NCBI GenBank assembly: GCA_001179505.1
Contig: CDMY01000217.1
Span: 100,152-164,151, forward strand
Source of the DNA: Vitrella brassicaformis CCMP3155
Taxonomy: Eukaryota > Protista > Chromerida
Reading direction: 5' to 3'
DNA: 64,000 bases
Position numbers and translations under genes: made by a program. A model generated the notes under the pieces. It searched no databases, was not told the origin of the DNA, and saw nothing but the letters and a program-made list of their open reading frames with translations. Below are positions 37,663 to 47,916 of the stretch, piece after piece. Each line of letters opens with the position of its first letter. Position 1 is the first letter of the stretch.

Positions 37663-39120
37663 ATGAGTAGGCTACTGTCTTGGAAATGGCGCGTCAGCAT
37701 TGCGAGTGGGTGCCCAAAGTCTGACGCCTCAAGGCATTCTGCTGATGAGATGATTCCTGCTGACGTCCTGGGCCGAGTGTTCGCGTCCTTTCTGTCTGTC
37801 GACGATGCGCTGAGGGCCCGGGCGGTCGGCAAGACATACGGCGCTCTGCTCATCGATGAGGCCTTCCTGATGCGCCGCATCGCCAGCTCCCTCGCCCAGC
37901 AGCAGCTTACCGGCCTAATCGAGGTGGACGGAGAGGGCGGCATTGAGGCCTCGTCGGCCCTCTCGCGATTTGGGTACCTGGCTCGCTGTGCCTATGTCAT
38001 CGAACAGACTGCCAGATGGCCGATGATGGCCACACTCATCAAGGCGGCGAGTGCGTGCGGTCTGGCGGGCCAGATGCCTTTGGTGCTGTCCGCCGAGTGG
38101 CTGCCGGGCGTCCTGCCCGACAAGGCCAGCTTCCATCGGCTGCCTATTGCGATGGCCCTCTACAAGACACTGGGCCATCCGCTTGGCCGCACTGCCCGCT
38201 CCAACAACCTGGCAGAGCGGCTTCGGCTGACGGAGGTTTATCACAAGAAGGATATCCTTATCGCCCGCTTGCTGCTTGTGGCATCCTACATCGTCTTCCT
38301 CCTCTTGCTCGTGGCGATCGGTTATATCTGCGTCAAGCTGCTGATGCCGTTAACGTGTCGCGTCTGGGATTTGCTTGAGGAGGTGAATCAGGTGGTGGAT
38401 GAGCTGTTGGATCCCCCGCTCGAGCGCTCCTTGGTATGTCGGTACACCATTGACGCCATTCCTATCGTAATGAGTTACGGGGTGGTACTGCTCATGGTGG
38501 TCCTCCTAACAGCGACTTACGTGGTGGCACTGCCCATGGAGGTCCACTTAACACTCGCAGCCATGCATGCCAGCTACGCAGCAGGACTGGTGCGGCAAAA
38601 GCTCGTCCAGTACTACCGCATCGGCGGGAGAACGTTTCGCGTCATCGGTCAGCGCGAGGAATCCTGCCGCGGCCAATGGAGGTATTCCGAGAGCGACCCG
38701 CCCGTCAACTCAAATGGCCGCATTTATCGCTCATTCAGCGCACTCGCCCTTGACGCACTGTGGGAAGCCACATCTTTCAGCCACACGACGGTGCTCGAGG
38801 CCGAAGTGGGCCAAGGCCATGGCGGCTATCGGCGATTATTGTGTGATCCCTTGACGAGCGGCCAACTCGATTTGTCGGTCATCGATTGGCGAGCGGCACA
38901 CATGGGGACAGCCCGGGTGGTGGTGCTGCTGGTCGGTGGCCTCTCTGTGGTGGCCTCCGTATCGCTCTTTGGCGGGCGCGTCATGATCAAGACGACTGAG
39001 AGGAAGGCGGTGGGCGGCTCGTCTGTCGATGAGCGGTTCCCTCTCACGATGGCTGCCGTGCGGCAGCTTCTGAGGCGATTTGGACTTGAAGACAACACGG
39101 TCGGCCCGCTGCAACCTTGA
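37663..39120 (+). CDS. Intronless lineage-specific F-box-like protein with two predicted transmembrane segments
   Basis: A ~485-aa open frame with N-terminal IPADVLGRVFASFLSVDDALRARAVGKTY, hydrophobic LLLVASYIVFLLLLVAIGYICVKLLM and IPIVMSYGVVLLMVVLLTATYVVAL, and C-terminal ERFPLTMAAVRQLLRRFGL. Alternative start at 37750. Confidence 0.8.
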   Translation: MSRLLSWKWRVSIASGCPKSDASRHSADEMIPADVLGRVFASFLSVDDALRARAVGKTYGALLIDEAFLMRRIASSLAQQQLTGLIEVDGEGGIEASSALSRFGYLARCAYVIEQTARWPMMATLIKAASACGLAGQMPLVLSAEWLPGVLPDKASFHRLPIAMALYKTLGHPLGRTARSNNLAERLRLTEVYHKKDILIARLLLVASYIVFLLLLVAIGYICVKLLMPLTCRVWDLLEEVNQVVDELLDPPLERSLVCRYTIDAIPIVMSYGVVLLMVVLLTATYVVALPMEVHLTLAAMHASYAAGLVRQKLVQYYRIGGRTFRVIGQREESCRGQWRYSESDPPVNSNGRIYRSFSALALDALWEATSFSHTTVLEAEVGQGHGGYRRLLCDPLTSGQLDLSVIDWRAAHMGTARVVVLLVGGLSVVASVSLFGGRVMIKTTERKAVGGSSVDERFPLTMAAVRQLLRRFGLEDNTVGPLQP

Positions 39121-39492
39121 CTGACCGTCAGTTGTGTGGGGGAATGAGAGAGAGGGGGCGAGAGAGGGGGCTGCTCGGTGTGCTGGGGGTGCTGTCACGT
39201 CTAAATTGACGGATTGCGACTGCAGGAATGTGTGATGGACCTTCCATATTGGCCAAGAAATGCATTGCGATGCATTGATGGATAAAAGGGGTATGCACAC
39301 CCTCTTGCTGTCCGTCCATCCATCCACTTTCCTCACATTACATATTTACACGCCCGACACCATCACAGGCAGTTTGCACATAAGAAAACGCACGAACGTG
39401 TGGAGCCGTCAGTGACGCATAGAGAAGCGAATGATCATACCTTCGATGCATCCCCTTCCCTCTCTCATTCCCCACACGCCTATATATGTCAC

Positions 39493-39680
39493 CTACTGCC
39501 CGGCCGCCACATGCAGCACCTCGAGATCATCAGCCATGAACTCTACCGACACGCCCAGATAACCATGGCCAAAGCCCGCAAGCGCATTGGGGCCGGGGTG
39601 GTTCTGACGGCAGCTGCGCATGTCGGCAGTCAGCTCTTCACTGCTATGGCCCAGCCACAGATACCCACCGATCCGCACCT
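39493..39680 (-). pseudogene. Orphan TLDc C-terminal exon
   Basis: Acceptor ctaag, then VRIGGYLWLGHSSEELTADMRSCRQ..GYLGVSVEFMADDLEVLHVAAGQ*. No intact upstream TLDc exons were found before the repeat copy at 39940. Confidence 0.65.
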
Positions 39681-39939
39681 TAGTGTCAGACACGATACAA
39701 CACACCAGACAGAGACAGAGGGAAATCCATCCAACCATCTCACAGAGAGTGGGGGGCGGCACAGTCAACGTGTCAGATGTCCGCATGGCAGCAGAAAGCC
39801 AGCACACCGACACACACAGGCCGCACCAGACAACACGTATCCGTCCCACTCGCAAATGCCACTCACACAATACACAAAGTCTTTCTCCCATCGGCCGCCC
39901 ACATCGGTCCAGCGGCGCGTGTGTGTCGATGTCTCTCTC

Positions 39940-40295
39940 TGTGCGCCTCTCTGTCACCGCCCGGCAACCCTAAAGCACCAACACCCTTCATGGGCTGACG
40001 CTCTCCAGTTGACGGACGGCAACCAAGATGCCCACAGAGAGGGAGGAGGACACACACGCAAAGAAAACCATACACAGCTGGCAAAACCAAAACGGTCTCT
40101 CTCTGAGTGTGTGTGCGTGTCGGCCTGTCCGTCTGTCTGTGAGCCGGCCGTGTGTGACGGATGCATCGACGAGAGATCAACACACTCTCGCGAGCATGCG
40201 TCAAACACGCGCAGCTCACAGACAGACGGCCACCGCCACCCCACACAGCGATTCCTTTGTGCAGCCAGCCAATCCTCCCTCCCTCCCTCCCTCCC

Positions 40296-40327
<32 letters not shown>

Positions 40328-41002
40328 ATCTCTCCCCCGCCCCCCACTCATCAGCCGACACACTCATCGCAGCAGACGACCAGGACGACATGACAATGGC
40401 AGCCAGACCGACCGACACGCAAAGCCCCACAACACAACACAGTGAGATCGACGCACATACGACCAAAAGGCGACATACTGAGAGATTCAGTTCAGTTCAG
40501 TCAGCCCGTCCGTCGGCTCATCGGCCGATCTCTCTCCCTTCAGCACACATCATCGCCGTCAGCCACCTGCATCCGTTCAGATGACACACGCCACACAGAG
40601 AGGAGACATCTGTGCGTGTGAGTCCCGCCTGTCCCGCTGTGTGCCCATCTGTCTCGGCGTACCAGTTGTTGGAGTGCCCTCACTCCTTTGTCACACCGCT
40701 GCACCTCTCACACCACACGACGTCTGCAGCACCCCACACACAGATCCAGGCACCAACCGTCCAGACAGCACATGCATCATTTCGGCGTGTCACGCGCCCG
40801 CCGTGTGCATGACGTCCGCCTTGATTACGCACCTGCCTGTGCCGCCAGCAGCCGCCTGTGTGCCGACAGAGAGAGGGGACAGCTGACAGATCTCGTGCAG
40901 TGGGCCGTGAGCAAGGCTGACAAGGAGCCAATTGGCAGACCCGCGCGGTGGGGTGGGGCGCTGAAGAGGGTGACAGGGTAGGGTTTAAACCCTGAACCCT
41001 AC
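39940..41002 (-). repeat. Repeat family copy R6
   Basis: Same cores; ends in the perfect palindrome agggtttaaaccct at 40980-40993. Confidence 0.9.
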
Positions 41003-41388
41003 GAGGTTTCATCTTGCAGCGCTCCTGTGCCTTTCGGACAGCTGTGCGTTGGGAGTGTGAGGCATTCGGCCGAGAGAGCGGCTTAGCGAATCAGTGGAGT
41101 CATCCGTCACACCGTCGCCCTGTCGACTGGTGTGGTGGGATGGCGGGCCGCTGAGCTGACAGAAAGAGTGAGGGCTGCAGTGAGGCCCACAGACACTCTC
41201 GGCCGCACACATTGGCTCTGCAATGACTGCAGATCTGAGGCGACCGGTGGATGGGCGCAGTGAGGCGATAGCATAGACACTGAGGGCACATCAGCTGCAG
41301 GTGAGATGATTCAATGGACTCATCCATCTATTCATCTCAATGCCTCTGTGTGTGTGTTTGGTTCGTGCAGCTTGGTTGCCGCATCACA

Positions 41389-42689
41389 ATGGCGGCCTCT
41401 GCTGGTGCTGGTGGTGGTGGTGGTGTTAGTATCATAATGCCCAAGTGCAGTGTGTGTGATGACGACTACCAATCGCATGGCGACAAGGCGCCCGACCAGC
41501 TCAGATGCGGTGAGCAATGCACACACACGGCACACAAGGCCAACAGGATGATGATCAGTGTGGCTCTGTCTGGTGTGTTTGGCGGTTTCTGTTTGCTTAG
41601 GTCATTCCTTCTGTGCGGCGGTGAGTGAGTGGGCACTGGAGAGGGTGTTGGTGACAATGGCATGCCATGTGTTTGTCTGCAGTGCGTCAGAGGGCTCATC
41701 CGCCATCACCCCTACGGCCGTCGTGCTGCCAAGTGCGCCATCTGCAGGTAAACTAAGACATCAAGGCGACACACATATGGGTCGTTCGACGTGCCCCCCT
41801 CCCTTCGTGTGTGCGTTGTCTTGATCAGGGCGGCGACTGCGGAGGTCGACGTCCGTCCCAACCACGGCATGAGAGAGGCCATGGCGTCGCTGCTGGCGAT
41901 TCGCATGCAGACGGTGCGAACAATCTGACAGACGCCATGACTTCGGCAGCCATCGTCGCATATGTGTGTGTGTGGCTGGTCAGGTGAGTCTGCCGGAGGG
42001 CACTTCACTGACTCGACAGGAGTACTACGGCCTTCTGGGACTGCTGGGCGACCACAGCATGAAGCTTCAGTCCATCTACCGGTATGTATGCAGCCGACAC
42101 GCACACTCACACACACTCACACTATCCATCCATGTGACAATGATGGTGAATTCGGTTTTCTTTTTTTTTTGTCTCTGTGTGTGTGTGTGTGTGCATCAGG
42201 GCGTCGCGTGACGGCACCACCTACGACGATTTGCTGCGTTGTGTTTGCGACAAGACCGGCCTGGCCTTCATCATCCGGAAGGGCGAGTACGTTTTCGGCG
42301 CCTTCATCAGTGCCGGCATCCGACTGCCTGACGACCCGACCGACACCAACCGGTACGACTGTGACGTCTGGCATTTCTCGCTGGCCGGCCACTTCGCCCA
42401 GCCCACCAAGATAGAGATCAGCCGATTGGCGCAGTATGTGGCGGTGGCGGGGAGGGAGGGTCGTGTGTGGGGTGCGAAGGTGTGGATCGGTGGGGACCTG
42501 TGGTTGGGTGACGGCCGTGGCAGTGGTCGGCCGGCTGCCGACATCCGCAGCTGCTACCAGTCCACCGACAGGAACGAGGTGCCTGAGGGCTATGTGGGGG
42601 CGAGGAATAGCTATGGCAGTGCTCTGCTGGGCGGGTCATTCTTCTTCGATGCGGATGAGATAGAGGTGCTGCACGTGGGCGGGCAGTGA
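41389..42689 (+). CDS. C3HC4 RING + TLDc protein (intact, 6 coding exons)
   Basis: MAASAG..CSVCDDDYQSHGDKAPDQLRC | GHSFCAA | CVRGLIRHHPYGRRAAKCAICR | AATAEVDVRPNHGMREAM.. | VSLPEGTSL..QSIYR | ASRDGTTYDDLLRCV..VFGAFISAG..GGSFFFDADEIEVLHVGGQ*. Confidence 0.88.
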
Positions 42690-44481
42690 GTGTCTGTTTG
42701 GGGTGCATTTGCTTCTCGACGTGGGCGGGGCATGAGGGCGGTGTGTCAGTGACAGAGGGAGGGGGAGGATGTGTGTGTGTGTGAGGTGTCTGTCATGGGA
42801 TTGCTCTCTTCTCCCCATCCCACGCTGCACAGACATTCCTATGGACAGGAGGGCTCTTCGGATATGTGTGTGTGTATGTGCCGCCCGAGCTGTCTGTGTG
42901 CACAGCTTATTATATATATATTCATCCCATCGCTTCTGAGACCCAAAGAGACTGACTTACTGATGTGATCGACTCAATTCACCTGTGGCATCTGTCGTGT
43001 TGATCTCTGTGTGTGTGTCTCCAGCTAATGGCCACGGCCCACTCTCTGACTCCGTGTCCGTATGCCCCACACACACAAACAGACAGAAACAATCGACACA
43101 GACACACCAAAAAGAACCCAAACCACACACACACGACCAGCCGAGCAGAGCGCACAGACAGACAACCATTGGATGTCTCTCTGTGTCTCTCACTCAGAGC
43201 AGAGACCCACATAAGATCGTTCCCCTGTCTGTCATAGATATCATTTCTCAGCCGGCGATCGGCTTGGGCACTGATGTGAGGCCGATGCAGTGCACTGGGG
43301 CCGCCTTAGCTATGGCGCCGCTGGACGGCCGGATGGGCTAAATTGTGGGCGTCAGTCAGGTGAGCGCATTGACTGTCATAATGACTTGGCCGGCAATGGC
43401 ATAGTCTGCACACCGACGAGTGGCCTGGCCACTCCTCTGTGTGAGTGTGTGTGTCTGTCTGTCAGCTGCTCGATGGCCACCGCACACAGAGAGTGACGAT
43501 CAACACTCACTGTGTAAGTTGACAATCGAGCGCACGAGAGACAGCACACAAACACACGAGTATCACACCACAGCAGAACCAAACCGTCGTCTCACCTGTT
43601 TGGCTGTGTCCTCACTGTCCACACCAGTCAGCACCCCCCAATGCAGCGGACATGTCAGCCACTCAGTCAATCAGATGCCACACATACACAACCAGGAAAG
43701 TGAGTGTCACACAAACCATCAGCAGTGAGTGAGTGAGTGAGTGTATTCTTATACCAGGCAGACAGATAGACAGACAGAGGGAAGGAATCCACCCACCCAA
43801 GCGACACATATCAGCAGCTGCCGGCCAGCCAGGCGGAATACACAGAAAGCAGCTCGTTGTTCCTTTCCCTTCGTGTGTTTGTCTCTGTCAGTCGGCCGCT
43901 CGATGGCCACCGCACACAGAGAGCGATGCTAAACACTCAATGCATTGTGACGTGACCAGGCACGGTGACAGTCAGCACACCAACACACGCAGGCACGACA
44001 GACGCTTGTGTCGGTCAACGGGCCACAAGAAGAGGCGTACGTGCGTGCAATGCAGACAGACAGACATCCATCCACTCATTCATGTATGTGTGTGTGCGCG
44101 GATCGACAAATGGAATGAACAGCCACACACACACTCACAGGCGAGTGCATCAGACACACAGACAGATAAAGGAAGAAACAGATCTCTCTCTTTCCCATCC
44201 ACAATGAGGCATCCAGGCAGATGTGGGAGCAACACAATACAGTCGACACAACACACCAAAAGCAGGCGCTGTTCCTTTCTGTGTGTGTGTGGTGTCTGTA
44301 TGTCTGTCTGTCGGCCGGCCAAGGGCCACCACACACAGAGCGATGATCAGCAGTCACTGTGTGAGATGACTAAGAAGCACTCGACAGTCAGCACACCGAC
44401 ACACACAGGCAGCATCAAACAAGCGTGTTGATCCCATCTCTCTCTCTCTCTCTCTGTGTATGTGTGTGTGTGTGTCCATCT

Positions 44482-45177
44482 CATTCCCTCGCCCCCCCCT
44501 CTGGCGCATCTCTGTCACCGCCCGGCAACCCTAAAGCGCCAACACCCTTCACGGGCTGACGCTCTTGGGTACACGGACGGTCATACAGATGCCCACAGAG
44601 GGAGGGAGGCGGACACACACAAGGGGAAACCGAAACTCTCTCTCTCTCTCTCAGCCAGACAGACTATCTCTGTGTGTGTGTGTCGGTCTGGCTGTCTGTG
44701 AGCCGGCCATGTGTGACGGATGCATCGACGAGAGACCAACACACTCTCGCCAGCAGCCGTGACACCTCGGCGACATACAGACAGACGGCCACCGCCACCC
44801 CACACAGCGATTCCTTTGTGCAGCCAGCCAGCCAATCCTCCCTCTCTGTCTGTCTGTCTGTCTGTCATCTCTCCCCCGCCCCCCACTCATCAGCCGACAC
44901 ACTCATCGCAGCAGACGGCCGACGAGTTTGAGATCGAGAAGCTATGACGATGGCAGCCAGACCGACCGACACGCAAAGCGCCACAACACAACACAGTGAG
45001 ATCGACGCACATACGACCAAAAGGCGACATAGTGAGGGATTCAGTTCAGTTCAGTCAGCCCGTCCGTCGGCTCATCGGCCGATCTCTCTCCCTTCAGCAC
45101 ACATCATCGCCATCAGCGCGTCGGAGCCATCAGAGAGCCACTCAGACAGCCACACACTGAGGACAGACTGAGGACAC

Positions 45178-45208
<31 letters not shown>

Positions 45209-45595
45209 TCTGTGTGTGTGAGTCCTGCCTGTGTCCCAATGTGTGTGTGTGCCCATCTCCCTCTGCGTACCAGTTCGTCGAGTGCAGTGTTGTCGCCAAG
45301 CACCGCCGCCCCGCACCGCCACACGACATCTGCAGCACACCACACACACAGACAGATGACAACCACCACCACCCGTCATCACAGCGCCATGCATCACCTC
45401 GGCGTGTCACGCACAGTCCCGTGTGTGTCGTGCGAGCGCACGAGAACCGAGGGAGGGAGAGAGAGAGGGAGAGAGGAAGGGGTGAGGGCAGATGAAAGAT
45501 CTCGTGCAGTGGGCCGTCAGGAGGCCGACAAGGGGCGGGGCGGGGCGGCCAGAGGGTTTGAGGGGTCAAGGGTAGGGTTTCAAACCTAACCCCAC
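44482..45595 (-). repeat. Repeat family copy R7
   Basis: Same cores; ends agggtttgaggggtcaagggtagggtttcaaacctaacccc. Confidence 0.9.
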
Positions 45596-46100
45596 GGGCG
45601 CCAGCTCGCATGAAAGGCCCCCACCAGACCCCCAGCCTTTGCCGCATTCTTTTCGCCTGTTTGTCTCGCCTGTCGTCAATGGTCTCACTGCGGAGCGGTT
45701 AATGTGATGAAATAAGAGAACGAATTTGTGGAAGTCGGTGATCGAGTGAGGATCGAATTGCCGTTTTTCTCGAAGCTCACACATTCGTTTGGCCATTTCG
45801 GTGCAGAGATTGTCCAGTGAGAGTCGAGAGGGGAGTGAGAGAATGGAGGGCTGAGAGAGGAAAAGCTTGTTCCTCCAGCTCGCACCGCCCTTCGGGGTTC
45901 ACGCATTGCCGAAACATTCGGTTTCTTACTTTTTTTCGGACACGCCTGCCCTTTAGGCAGGCAGGCACTTCCTTTTCCCTAGCTGGCTTGTCGCTCACGC
46001 GTGCGCTCACATCCAAGATGCACGTGTCAAGGCACAAGAGAGATCCGGCTGTGTGTTGCTGCAGCACATTCACTCGCTGACCCCGAGTCGTGACCGAGTC

Positions 46101-47916
46101 ATGTCCTATCGGCTCCCGGACACTTATACACTCCCTGACGACGTCTGTCCTATTTGCTGCGAGCGCCTGGCGGAAGTGGTTGACGTCGCGAGGCTTGGAT
46201 GTGGCCATTTCTTCTGCTTCCAGGTGGGTGCGTCCGTGTGTGGCTGATTGGAGATGATTGACTCATGGGGACACGCTTGCTTTGCTTGTTGCGCTGTGCC
46301 GGCCGTCCTGCCTGGCTGCAGTGTCTGAAGGATGAGGGGTCGGCGACACTAGAAGAACTTGGCAGATAGGAGATCCACTTTGGTTCAAGTTTGTCTTTTG
46401 TGTCTTCTGCAGGGCCTCGTTCTATGCTGATTCTGATGAGCGGCCGACCGGCACACGCACACTCCTTAAGCTCTTCCCCTGCCCTACCTGTCGCCTAGTA
46501 AGTCACCAAGACAAACCAAGACACACGCCAAGGGCCACCGACTGGTGTGTCTGCACTGATCAGGGTTGCCACTTGGTTGAGCGCATCAAGAGGCGATCAG
46601 AGCCCTCTGAGCTGGTGACCGATCCCCTCGACGGACCGTGGCGTGAGGTGACCGTCACGCAGGCTGGCGATATCGGGGATGAGACTTGGCTGGCCACCTA
46701 CTACAGTCCCCACGCTTTCTGGGACGACTTCATGGGCCTGAACAACACGAGATGCGTCGACGTGCTTCAGGAGAGACTGGTGTGGTTTCAGCGCATTGCT
46801 GTGGTAACTCGGCGGGACCTGGCTGAATCGTGGGAGAAGATGGCTGTGACTGGTATGCGCAAGTGGACCCAACTGAAGATACGCAGCACTGCCGACCAGA
46901 GGAGGGAGGCCGTGGCGGACTTTTTCAAGTGGGATGTGGGTGCTGAGACAATGAGGGCAGACCTGCGCCATATTGAAGCCGGGCTGTCTGCCTGTCGGGA
47001 GCGGATCAGACGGCTGAGCGGCAGCAAGGACAGGTACTCAACTGACGTGTCGATATGTCACTTTGCAGCTCCATATGCCTCTGTAGGTCTGGTGAGTCTG
47101 CGGAGCCGTTCAGTGTTGGCGATGAGGTGTGGGTGTGTGGTTTGGCGAAGCGGCCAGAGTATAATGGGCTTCCTGGTTCTGTCGAGGAGGTCCTTCCGCC
47201 CCGCACCCAAGACAACAAGACGGACGTCACTCGGTCAGTGAGGTGCAGGGGAAAGCATGAAGGAGACTAAATGTTGGGTGTGTGTTTCTCCGTTCCTCCA
47301 TCCCTATGCTCTGCGTGTGTGGGAATGCAGGTACAAGGTGGCATTGTCTGTAGGCGGCATCGTGTTGTCGTTGCGGAAAGAGAACATCCATATCGTCGAC
47401 TTCAAGATGAGTGCTTCCGAGCTCGACCAACTAAGGGACTTCATGGGCACTTTGAAGCTCGACCCAACCTCCAGCCCGCCAGCTGATCCTGACAATTCCC
47501 TTGGTCGTCGGACCCAGCAAAGCGATGACCGTAGCGTCCCCTCAAGCCGTCCTGTTCGCACATTTGTACCCTTTTGGTATCGGTCAGCCGTCGGGCGTCA
47601 AACAACAGCTGACCTCAACCAACAATGTCAAGCACGTGCTCAACCGACTCGACAAGAGGACGATCTGCCCAGCCACCAAGCCACACGTCCAGAAGCCACC
47701 GATGACCCCGCCCGCCGACAGACGAGCGTGACTGACTTGATGTCTGGTCTGGAGGCAGCGTCTCTGCCGGAAAGGGGCCGGACGTGGATGAAGACATGTG
47801 TGGTTTGGGTCGTGTCTCGATACTTGGAAGTGTGTGTCCTGGTGATTACGTGTACCATGCTCTTTTTCGCAACACATCTGTGGTACGTATTCTGTGGAGT
47901 GAGTGACTCTTTTTGA
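46101..47916 (+). CDS. C3HC4 RING protein with coiled coil, SH3-like beta-barrel motif and C-terminal transmembrane anchor
   Basis: CPICCERL..LGCGHFFCFQ | CLKDEG | ..FPCPTCR. Central helical exon 46564-47033. FSVGDEVWVCGLAKRPEYNGLPGSVEE.. | RYKVAL..SLRKENI is an SH3-like motif. Hydrophobic tail YLEVCVLVITCTMLFFATHLWYVF lies just before the stop. Confidence 0.8.

Noticed and set aside
39400-40584. 394-aa plus-strand ORF
   Set aside because: It is antisense to a TLDc fragment and runs through repeat microsatellites ([12 protein letters not shown]). Its composition is not protein-like.
27701-45595. CRISPR- or TIGR-like repeat-spacer array
   Set aside because: Units are over 1 kb, dispersed and microsatellite-rich in a eukaryotic intron-rich context. 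There is no short regular repeat-spacer period and no cas- or Nop-domain gene nearby.
27701-45595. Autonomous transposon or retroelement
   Set aside because: No transposase, reverse transcriptase, integrase or Rep/helicase motifs in any frame, and no clear TIRs or target-site duplications by eye.
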